DNA of 64,000 bases from contig DATBRS010000237.1 of assembly GCA_036560185.1 (NCBI GenBank), positions 523-64,522 on the forward strand, given 5' to 3'. This DNA comes from Myxococcota bacterium. Its GTDB lineage: Bacteria; Myxococcota_A; UBA9160; UBA6930. Positions 21,716 to 29,588 of the stretch are shown here, piece by piece (position 1 is the stretch's first letter; each line of letters starts with the position of its first letter). The notes under the pieces are model-generated. The model was not told the origin of the DNA and searched no databases. It saw only the letters and a list, made by a program, of their open reading frames with translations. The translations under genes were made by a program, and so were the position numbers.

Positions 21716-24289
21716 ATGACCGCCCCGGCCTACCGACGAGAAACGCTCGAAAACGGCCTCGTCGTGCTGGTTCGCGAGAGCCGCCTCGAGCCGGTCGCCG
21801 AGGTGCAGATCTGGGTCGACGTGGGTTCCGCGGACGAGCGCGATCACGAGCGCGGCCTGGCCCACTTCCACGAGCACATGCTGTTCAAGGGCACGCCGAC
21901 GCGCGGCGTCGGCGAGATCGCCGGCAGCGTCGAGGGCGTGGGCGGCGCGATCAACGCCTTCACCTCGTTCGACGCGACTTGTTATCACGCCACGCTGCCG
22001 GGCGACGCCGCGTTCGCCGGCTTCGACGTGCTCGCGGATGCGGTGCAGAACTCGCTCTTCGATCCCGCCGAGGTGAGCCGCGAGATCGAGGTCGTGCTAG
22101 AGGAGATCCGGCGCAGCGCGGACGATCCGGGCCACGTGCTCAACGACGAGGTCTTCGACACGGTCTACGCGGTGCATCCCTATCGCTTCCCGGTGCTCGG
22201 CAGTGCCGCGAGCGTTGCGGCCCTGACGCAGCAGAAGCTGCTGGCCTTCTACCGCCGCTGGTACACGCCGGAGCACATGGTGGTCGCGGCGGCGGGAGAC
22301 CTCGACGCAGACGCCTTCATCGCGCACGTGCGCGCGACCTTCGGCTCCGCGCAGCGCGGCGAGGCGCGCCGCTCGCGCGCCGCCGAGCCCGCGCAGCGCG
22401 GCGTGCGCGTGCGCGTCGCGCAGCGCCCGTTCGAGCGCGCTGCCTTCGAGCTGAGCTTCCCCGCCGTGCCGCTCACGCACCCCGACGCTCCGCTGCTCGA
22501 CCTGCTCGCCTACGCCCTCGGCGAGGGCGACAGCTCGCGCCTGAATCGGCGCGTGAAGGAAGAGCTCGGCGTGGCCGACCGCATCGATGCGGGTTGTTAT
22601 ACGCCGATCGACGCCGGCGTCTTCTCCGTCTCGGTGGACGCGGACGCCGAGCACGTGGAGCACGCGATCGCGGCCTCGATCGCGGAGACCGAGCGGCTGC
22701 GCCGCGAGCCGCTCGGCAGCGACGAGCTCGCGAAGGCGCGCCGCAACTTCCTGGCTTCGCGCGCCTGGGAGCGCGAGAGCGTCTCGGGCATGGCGCTCAA
22801 GCTCGGCAGCGCGCAGCTCACGACCGGCGACCCTGATTTCGAGGACGCGTATCTCGAGCGCATCGCGGGCGCGACGCGCGACGAGCTGTTGCGCGCAGCC
22901 AAGGAGTGGCTCGACCCGGGCTGCATGTCCGTGGTGGCCGTGCTGCCTTCGCAGGCGCCAGCGCTCGCGCCCGCCGCGCTCGAGGCAGCCGTGGCGACGG
23001 GCGTCTCTCGCACCGCGCGCCGCTTCGCCGCGCCGAGCCGCAGCGGCGCAGTGGGCGAGCGCGTGCACGCCTACACGCTGCCGAACGGGGTGCGCGCATT
23101 CGTGCTGCCGCGCCGCGAAGTGCCGGTCGTGGCGGTGCGCGCGGCGGCGCTCGGCGGGCAGCTCGCCGAGCGCGAGCAGACCGCCGGCCTCGGCAGCTTC
23201 CTCTCGGGCCTGTGGCTGCGCGGCACGGCCACGCGCAGCGCCGCCGAGTTCGCGCGCACGATCGAATCGCTCGCGGCGGACATCGACGCCTTCTCCGGGC
23301 GCAGCTCGCTCGGCCTCACGCTCGACTGCACGTCGGATTCCTTCGCCGAAGCGCTGCCGATCTGGGCCGAGGCCCTCGGCTTTCCCGCGTTCGACGAGGA
23401 GGAGACCGAACGCGAGCGCCGCGATGCGCTCGCCGCGCTCGACCGCCGCGCAGATCGCCTCGGCGCGCGCGCCTTCGACCTGTTCCAGCTCGCGCACTAC
23501 GAGCGGCACCCCTATCGGCTGCCGCTGCCCGGGACGAAGGACTCCGTCGCCAGCTTCGACGCCGCGGGCGTCGCGGCGCACCACGCGGCGCTCGTGCGCC
23601 CTGATAACTTGGTCGTGTCGGTGGTCGGCGACGTCGATCCGGACGAGGCCGCAGAGGCGCTCGCCCGCGAGCTCGCGGACCTCGAGCAGGACGACGCGAA
23701 GCCGCTCTCGCTGCCCGAGCCCGAGCCCGCGCCGCGCGAGATCCGGCGCGCGCACGAGCGCAAGGACCGCGCGCAGGCGCATCTCGTGCTCGGCTTCCGC
23801 GGCGTCGGCGTCGATGACCCGGATCGCGAGGCGCTCGACGTGCTCGCACAGATTCTCGCCGGCCAAGGCGGGCGCCTCTTCCTCGAGCTGCGCGATCGCC
23901 AGAGCCTCGCCTACAGCGTGAGCGCGACGAACATCGTCGGCTACGCGCCGGGCGCGTTCTGCGTGTACATCGCTACCGCGCCGGACAAGCTCGAGATCGC
24001 GCAGCGGGGAATTCTCAGCGAGTTGGAGCGCCTGCTGCAGAGCGCGCCCTCCGAGGACGAGGCAGAGCGCGCGCGGCGCTACCTGTGCGGAACCCACGCG
24101 ATCGCGCAGCAGCGCGGCGGGCAGCGCGCGCTCGCGATGGCGCTCGACGCGCGCTACGGCCGCGGCGTCGACGCGGACCGGCTCTTCCCGCAGCGCGTGC
24201 GCGCCGTGAGCGCCAGCGACTTGTTACGGGTCGCGCGCCGCTTCATCGACCTCGGCAAGTACACGATCGCGACGATCGGGCCCGCCTAG
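21716..24289 (+). CDS. M16 (pitrilysin/insulinase) family zinc peptidase, two fused M16 units
   Basis: 857 aa. Inverted zinc motif HxxEH in LAHFHEHMLFKGT. The second half repeats the M16 fold. Confidence 0.9.
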   Translation: MTAPAYRRETLENGLVVLVRESRLEPVAEVQIWVDVGSADERDHERGLAHFHEHMLFKGTPTRGVGEIAGSVEGVGGAINAFTSFDATCYHATLPGDAAFAGFDVLADAVQNSLFDPAEVSREIEVVLEEIRRSADDPGHVLNDEVFDTVYAVHPYRFPVLGSAASVAALTQQKLLAFYRRWYTPEHMVVAAAGDLDADAFIAHVRATFGSAQRGEARRSRAAEPAQRGVRVRVAQRPFERAAFELSFPAVPLTHPDAPLLDLLAYALGEGDSSRLNRRVKEELGVADRIDAGCYTPIDAGVFSVSVDADAEHVEHAIAASIAETERLRREPLGSDELAKARRNFLASRAWERESVSGMALKLGSAQLTTGDPDFEDAYLERIAGATRDELLRAAKEWLDPGCMSVVAVLPSQAPALAPAALEAAVATGVSRTARRFAAPSRSGAVGERVHAYTLPNGVRAFVLPRREVPVVAVRAAALGGQLAEREQTAGLGSFLSGLWLRGTATRSAAEFARTIESLAADIDAFSGRSSLGLTLDCTSDSFAEALPIWAEALGFPAFDEEETERERRDALAALDRRADRLGARAFDLFQLAHYERHPYRLPLPGTKDSVASFDAAGVAAHHAALVRPDNLVVSVVGDVDPDEAAEALARELADLEQDDAKPLSLPEPEPAPREIRRAHERKDRAQAHLVLGFRGVGVDDPDREALDVLAQILAGQGGRLFLELRDRQSLAYSVSATNIVGYAPGAFCVYIATAPDKLEIAQRGILSELERLLQSAPSEDEAERARRYLCGTHAIAQQRGGQRALAMALDARYGRGVDADRLFPQRVRAVSASDLLRVARRFIDLGKYTIATIGPA

Positions 24290-24298
24290 CCAGCGGCG

Positions 24299-26014
24299 TC
24301 AGTCGAGCCCCTGCGCGGCGCTGTCGCGGCGCGGATCCGCGCCGCCAGTCATCCGGCCGGTCGCCGGGTCGATCGCGATCGCCTCGACGCCCGTCATGAT
24401 CTCGTCCGTCACTTTGATCGCGTGCCCGCGGGCTCTCAGCGCCTCGACTACGTCGGCCGGAACGTCGCTCTCGAGCTCGAGCAGGTCGGGACGCCATTGG
24501 TGATGGAAGCGCGGCGCGGAGACTGCTTCCTGCGCGTCCATGCCCCAATCGACGGCGTTCAGGAACGCGAGCAGCACCGACGTGATGATGCGCGGACCGC
24601 CGTTGCTGCCCGCGACGAAGCGCACTTTGCCATCCGCGACCGCGATCAGCGGCGCCATGCTCGAGAGCGGCCGCTTGCCCGCCTCGACGCGATTCGCAGC
24701 GCTCGCGAGCCCGGGCAGCCCCCATTGGTTCGCCTGCTCGGGGCTCGTCACGAAGTCGTCCATCTCGTTGTTGAGCAGGATGCCCGTGCCCGGCACCGTC
24801 ACCCAGGCGCCGTAGGGGCCATTGATCGTCTGCGTGATCGCCACCGCGTTGCCGGCGGCGTCGACGACCGAGAGATGCGCCGTGCCGGCGTCGTCCACCG
24901 CGAACGCGGAGCCGGGCACGGCCCCCGCCCGGTCGTCGCGAATGCGCGCGCGCAGGCGCTCGGCGTACCCCGGGTCGAGCAGCTGCTTCGCCGGCACCTC
25001 CTCGAATGCGGGATCGCCGAGATGCTGCGCCCGATCGGCGAACGTGAGCTTCAAGGCCTCGGTCACGCGGTGGATCGAGAGCGACGAGCCGGCTCCGCTC
25101 GCAGCCAGGTCGTAGCCCGAGAGCACGTTGAGCGTCTCGATCAGCGTCACGCCGCCGGACGACGGCGGCGGGAACGCGATCAGCTCGAGGCCGCGATAGC
25201 TGCCGCGCAGGGGCTCGCGCTCGAGCGGGCGGTAGGCCGCGAGATCCGCGGCCGTCAGCACGCCGCCGCTCGCCTGCGCCGCGGCCGCGATTTTCTGCGC
25301 GAGCGCGCCTTCGTAGAACCCGCGCGCGCCGCGGCGCGCGACCAGGCGCAGCGTCGCTGCGAGCTCGGGCTGACGCAGCTTCGCGCCCGGCGGAATCGGC
25401 GCGGGCGGGAGCTGGATGCGCGCCGTCTCGGGAAACCGCGCGGGGAGCGGCGTCGCGCGCATGAACTCGAGGATGCGCAGCGAGTGCGGCCCGAGCGTGG
25501 CGCCGTGCTCCGCGAGCTCGATCGCCGGCGCGAGCGACGCTCTCAGCGAGCGCGTGCCGTACTGCTCGAGCGCGAGCGCAAAGCCGGCCACCAGGCCTGG
25601 CGTCGCCGTCGCGAGGCCACCGAAGCGCGACGCGTCCGGCGCCACGCCCGGCTGCGTGTAGAGCGCCGGATGCGCGGCCGCCGGCGCCGTCTCGCGCGCG
25701 TCGATCGCGAACGCGCGGCCGTCCGCGAGCCGGATCAGAAGAAACGCGCCGCCGCCAATGCCCGTGGACTGCGGCTGGCAGACCGAGATCGCGAACGCCG
25801 CGGCGATCGCGGCGTCGATCGCGTTGCCGCCGCTCGCGAGCACCTCGACGCCGGCGCGCGTCGCGGCCGGATGCGGCGTGACGACCATGCCTCGCGAGCC
25901 GCTTGCCGGCTCCGGCGACGCTGCATGCGCGGCGCCCGCGGCGAGAAACGTGAGCGCGAGCGCGACTCGCAGCGCGCGCCGGCCGCAATCGAGAACACCG
26001 CGCACAGCGAACAT
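24299..26014 (-). CDS. ggt: Gamma-glutamyltransferase
   Basis: 571 aa with a signal peptide. Autoprocessing region DDAGTAHLSVVDAAGNAVAITQTIN and a GGT-typical C-terminal half. Confidence 0.92.
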   Translation of the reverse strand: MFAVRGVLDCGRRALRVALALTFLAAGAAHAASPEPASGSRGMVVTPHPAATRAGVEVLASGGNAIDAAIAAAFAISVCQPQSTGIGGGAFLLIRLADGRAFAIDARETAPAAAHPALYTQPGVAPDASRFGGLATATPGLVAGFALALEQYGTRSLRASLAPAIELAEHGATLGPHSLRILEFMRATPLPARFPETARIQLPPAPIPPGAKLRQPELAATLRLVARRGARGFYEGALAQKIAAAAQASGGVLTAADLAAYRPLEREPLRGSYRGLELIAFPPPSSGGVTLIETLNVLSGYDLAASGAGSSLSIHRVTEALKLTFADRAQHLGDPAFEEVPAKQLLDPGYAERLRARIRDDRAGAVPGSAFAVDDAGTAHLSVVDAAGNAVAITQTINGPYGAWVTVPGTGILLNNEMDDFVTSPEQANQWGLPGLASAANRVEAGKRPLSSMAPLIAVADGKVRFVAGSNGGPRIITSVLLAFLNAVDWGMDAQEAVSAPRFHHQWRPDLLELESDVPADVVEALRARGHAIKVTDEIMTGVEAIAIDPATGRMTGGADPRRDSAAQGLD

Positions 26015-26105
26015 GGGCGAGACGCTATCGCACGCAAGAATCAGAAAAGTGATCTGCGTCAGCCGTAGCTAAGGCCAGGACGTGCGGCTACGGTGCGACT
26101 CCCGC

Positions 26106-26181
26106 GGCCCGGTAGCTCAGTTGGTAGAGCACCGCACTGAAAATGCGGGTGTCGCCAGTTCGACTCTGGCCTGGGCCACCA
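26106..26181 (+). tRNA. tRNA-Phe (GAA), CCA encoded
   Basis: Hand-folded cloverleaf: acceptor GGCCCGG/CTGGGCC, D arm GCTC-AGTTGGTA-GAGC, anticodon stem CCGCA/TGCGG with loop CTGAAAA, T arm GCCAG-TTCGACT-CTGGC, discriminator A plus CCA. Confidence 0.97.
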
Positions 26182-26256
26182 TCTTCTCGCTCCGCAGCCT
26201 CCGGCGCCGCTCGACGGTCTGGCGCTCGGCCCGCAGCGTGGCTCTGCAAGCGACTG

Positions 26257-26634
26257 TTAGGCGGCGGTCCGGCTTCGACGTCTGCGCTGCCGGTACAGCA
26301 CGACGTACGCGGGGCCCACGACGACGCCAGCCATGGCGGCGAACACGACGCCACCGTACGGCGCCAGCGGTTCGTACACGTAGTGTTGGAGGAAGTGGCC
26401 CTCGCACACGGGTAGGCCCGCCAGCGCGCGCAGGGACTTCTCCCAGCCCGTGAACGGACACCGGTACGCGACGAAGGGGACGGACAGCGCCCAAAGGATG
26501 AGGGGCACGTGAATCCAGGCGAACCAGCGCCAGCGCAGCATGCCGTACGCGCTCGCGAAGGGAAGCGCGGTGACGAGTACATGCAGGCCAACGACTGCGA
26601 CGACTCCGAGGGCTGCCAGGAATCTGACGTCCAC
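26257..26634 (-). CDS. DUF2784-like small membrane protein
   Basis: 125 aa with 3-4 hydrophobic helices and a conserved-looking YRCPFTGWEKSLR motif. TAA stop. Confidence 0.65.
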   Translation of the reverse strand: MDVRFLAALGVVAVVGLHVLVTALPFASAYGMLRWRWFAWIHVPLILWALSVPFVAYRCPFTGWEKSLRALAGLPVCEGHFLQHYVYEPLAPYGGVVFAAMAGVVVGPAYVVLYRQRRRRSRTAA

Positions 26635-26663
26635 GCGGTAGCTCCTTCGGCCGCCTAGCGGAT

Positions 26664-26870
26664 CTACCTGCTTGTCAGAAACCCCTCCACCTCCGAGGCG
26701 AAGCGACCGGGAGCATCCTGCATCAGGAGATGACCCGCTCCCTCGACCGCGCTCAGGCGAGAGTCGTGCAGTCGAGAATGAAGCCGTTCCGCCGCTGAGA
26801 ACGGCACCTCTTCGTAGAGCGTGCCGTGGAGTTCCCGCGAACTGCAGCGAGCGCGATCGGAGCCTTCCAC
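26664..26870 (-). pseudogene. C-terminal remnant of an alpha/beta-fold hydrolase
   Basis: The 68-aa ORF covers only the last part of the fold (VPFSAAERLH...VEGAGHLLMQDAPGRFASEVEGFL, catalytic His region). No room remains for the nucleophile-elbow part before the divergent DLH gene. Confidence 0.45.
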
Positions 26871-26948
26871 GCGCGCCGGCGCTCGAGGCCCGAGCTCTTG
26901 CGGCGGGGCCTGCGCGCGGGATTGAATCCCGGATCAGGAGGCGACGCG

Positions 26949-27680
26949 ATGATCGAGCAAGAGATCGACGTCCGAACGCGCGACGGGGCGATGAACACGT
27001 TCGTGGTGCACCCGGACGAAGGCGGCCCGTTCCCGCCCGTCTTCTTCTACATGGACGCGCCCGGGAAGCGCGAAGAGCTCCACGACATGGCGCGCCGCAT
27101 CGCGGCCGTCGGTTATTGGGTGGCGCTCCCGAATCTGTACTACCGGCGGGTGCGCGAGTTCGCGATGGAGCGCAGCGAGCCGGGCATGCAGCGGATGTTC
27201 GAGATGATGAGCCATCTCTCGAACACGCTGGTCGTGCACGACACCGAGGCGCTGCTCGCGTTCGCGGACGCGCAGCCGGCGGTGCGGCCCGGCGCGATCG
27301 GCTGCGTCGGCTACTGCATGAGCGGCCCGTTCGTCATCGCCGCCGCCGCGGCATTCCCGGAGCGCGTCGCCGCGGCCGCGTCGATCTACGGCGCGCGCCT
27401 AGTCACGGACGCGCCCGATTCCGCGCACCTCGCGGCGCCGCGCATCCAGGGCGAGCTCTATCTCGCTTGCGCCGAGATCGACCGCTGGGCGTCCAAGGAG
27501 CAGATCGACGCGCTCGCAGGAGTTCTCCACGGCGCCGGCGTGAATCACCGCATCGAGTGGTACCCGGGCGCCGAGCACGGCTTCGCGTTCCCGCAGCGCG
27601 AGGGCATCTATCACAAGCCCTCTGCGGAACGACACTGGGAGCGCCTGTTCGCGCTCTTCGCGCGGAACCTGAAGCGCTAG
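26949..27680 (+). CDS. Dienelactone hydrolase family protein
   Basis: ATG at 26949 preceded by AGGAGG. MIEQEIDVRTRDGAMNTFVVHPDEGGPFP...GCVGYCMSGPF (nucleophile Cys) ...YPGAEHGF. Confidence 0.85.
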   Translation: MIEQEIDVRTRDGAMNTFVVHPDEGGPFPPVFFYMDAPGKREELHDMARRIAAVGYWVALPNLYYRRVREFAMERSEPGMQRMFEMMSHLSNTLVVHDTEALLAFADAQPAVRPGAIGCVGYCMSGPFVIAAAAAFPERVAAAASIYGARLVTDAPDSAHLAAPRIQGELYLACAEIDRWASKEQIDALAGVLHGAGVNHRIEWYPGAEHGFAFPQREGIYHKPSAERHWERLFALFARNLKR

Positions 27681-27701
27681 CGCGCGCCCCCTCCAAAACG
27701 C

Positions 27702-27725
27702 AGCGAGCGGCCCGAAGGCCGCTCG
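27702..27725 (-). terminator. Rho-independent-type terminator for the PEP-CTERM gene (possibly bidirectional)
   Basis: 10-bp stem GCGAGCGGCC-CGAA-GGCCGCTCGC. On the minus strand it is followed by TGCGTTTTGG. Confidence 0.6.
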
Positions 27726-27781
27726 CGCGAGTACCTAACATGCCGGCAGCTCGGCGCCGCCGCTTCGATCGCTGCGTGCGA

Positions 27782-28429
27782 CTACGCTCGCTTCGGGCGT
27801 CGGCCGAGCCACACGAGGCCGCTGAGGCCGGCTGCCATGAGGCTCAGCACCGGCGGCTCGGGCACGGTGACGGTGTACGAGTTCTGCACCGAGTTCAGCG
27901 TCGAGACCTTCTTGATCCGGATCGCTTCCTCGACCTCGAACGACGCGGCGCCGGGCGAGAACGTGTCCGAGTCCGAGAGCAGCGAGGAGTTGTTGCGCAT
28001 CAGCGTGAGGAGGAACGTGCCCTCGTCGCTGGTCGGATCCTCGATGTCCTTCTCGACCTTGATGCGGCCGGTGGTCCGGGTCGCGTCCATGGCCATCGAC
28101 GCGCCGGTGATCAGGCCCGAGTTCGCGGTGACCTTGTAGGTGATGTTCAGCCTCTTCAGCCCGCCGCTGCTCGCGTCGAACGCCGACGAGGAGAGCACGT
28201 AGCCGTCGCTCACCGTCGTCACGGTGTAGAGCGAGAGGTTGCCGCTCAGCTTCTTCAGCTTCGTCACCGAGAAATCGCTGAACGTCAGCAGCCCGTCGTC
28301 GGACTGGAACGAGTTGACCGAACCGTTCACCAGATCGTCGAGTGTGTAGGTGGCGGCTAACGCCGGGAGCGCGCACACCGCGGTAGCAGCCAACACCAAC
28401 CCGCATCGCAGCGTTTTCAAGATCAACAT
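27782..28429 (-). CDS. PEP-CTERM sorting-domain secreted protein
   Basis: ATG at 28429 (MLILKTLRCGLVLAATAVCALPALA signal) with GAGAGG upstream. The C-terminal VPEPPVLSLMAAGLSGLVWLGRRPKRA matches PEP motif, TM helix and basic tail. The gene is visibly more AT-rich than its neighbours. Confidence 0.8.
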   Translation of the reverse strand: MLILKTLRCGLVLAATAVCALPALAATYTLDDLVNGSVNSFQSDDGLLTFSDFSVTKLKKLSGNLSLYTVTTVSDGYVLSSSAFDASSGGLKRLNITYKVTANSGLITGASMAMDATRTTGRIKVEKDIEDPTSDEGTFLLTLMRNNSSLLSDSDTFSPGAASFEVEEAIRIKKVSTLNSVQNSYTVTVPEPPVLSLMAAGLSGLVWLGRRPKRA

Positions 28430-28555
28430 GCCTCGCCTCTCTGTAGTGGGAGCCCTGGAGAAGGGTCTCCGCGAAGGGAGTGGGAGGGAGAGGGCGAAAG
28501 TGGCGCGCAGATCTGCTCGCATTTCGCTGCCCGGCATCGCCGATGGCGAGGGGGG

Positions 28556-29569
28556 TCAGACGCTCGCGCTGGCGATCAGCTCGTAGGACCGCAGCCGGGC
28601 CGCGAAGTCGAAGCAAATCGTGACGATCCCGAGCTCGCGGGTTCCGTATGCGGTGGCGATTTCCTCAAGCCGGGCAGTCACTTGCGCCTCATCGCCCACG
28701 ATCGGGTCGGTCGTGTTCGCCGCCAGGTAGGCGAGCTCCGCGGGCGAGTACGGGTACGCGAGCGCTTCCTCCGGGCTCGGGGTTCCGGCGTGGACCCCGC
28801 GCGCGAGGTCGAGGCGCGACAGCCGCAGGCTCGCCGCGTGGTGCCGCGCCTCGCCCTCGGTCGGCGCGCAGAGCGCCATCACCCCCACGTGGACGCGGGC
28901 CTCGGGGCACCAGCGCGAGGGCACGAAGCGCTCGCGGTAGGCGTTCACGATCGCCGGCCCGTTGCCGGCGTGGGCCCCGAAGAAGTGCGCGAAGCTGAAC
29001 GGCAGCCCGCGCTCGGCGGCGAGCAGCGCGGAATCGATGCCCGAGCCGAGCAGCCACACTTCGGGCATGCCGCCGGGTGTCGGCCCGGCGTGGATGCCGC
29101 GGAACGGGTGCGCCGGCGGGAGATCGTCGGCGAGGAATCCGATCAGGTCGTCGATCTGCTCGGGGTAGTGCCGCACGTCGCGCATCGGGCCGGGGTACGC
29201 GAGCGCGGCGGCAGTGCGCTGATCGCTTCCGGGCGCGCGCCCGAGGCCGACGTCGATGCGGCCCGGGAACAGCGACTCCAGCATGCGGAAGTTCTCGGCG
29301 ACCTTGAGCGCGCTGTAGTGCGTGAGCATCACGCCGCCGCTGCCGACGCGAATCGCGCGCGTGCGCGCCGCGATCTGCCCGATCAGGATCTCCGGGCTCG
29401 TGCTCGCGATGCCCGGCAGGCTGTGGTGCTCCGCCACCCAGTAGCGCTCGTAGCCGAGCGCGTCGGCGCGCTCGGCGAGCGCGAGCGACTCGCGCAGCGC
29501 GTCCGCCGCCGTGCCGCCCTTGCGCACCGGCGCTTGGTCGACGACGGACAAGCGGAGTCGGGGGCTCAC
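28556..29569 (-). CDS. LLM-class (luciferase-like) flavin-dependent oxidoreductase
   Basis: 337 aa with a GTG start. LGYERYWVAEHHSLPGIASTSPEILIG...GSGGVMLTHYS...GRIDVGLGRAPG. Confidence 0.88.
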   Translation of the reverse strand: MSPRLRLSVVDQAPVRKGGTAADALRESLALAERADALGYERYWVAEHHSLPGIASTSPEILIGQIAARTRAIRVGSGGVMLTHYSALKVAENFRMLESLFPGRIDVGLGRAPGSDQRTAAALAYPGPMRDVRHYPEQIDDLIGFLADDLPPAHPFRGIHAGPTPGGMPEVWLLGSGIDSALLAAERGLPFSFAHFFGAHAGNGPAIVNAYRERFVPSRWCPEARVHVGVMALCAPTEGEARHHAASLRLSRLDLARGVHAGTPSPEEALAYPYSPAELAYLAANTTDPIVGDEAQVTARLEEIATAYGTRELGIVTICFDFAARLRSYELIASASV

Positions 29570-29588
29570 GGCGCTCGCTTGTTACGGC

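Noticed and set aside
26182-28600. Intact integrated mobile element at tRNA-Phe.
   Set aside because: No integrase, transposase or phage gene was found, and no direct repeat of the tRNA 3' end. Only indirect signs remain (gene fragment, GC dip), which are reported as a low-interest finding.
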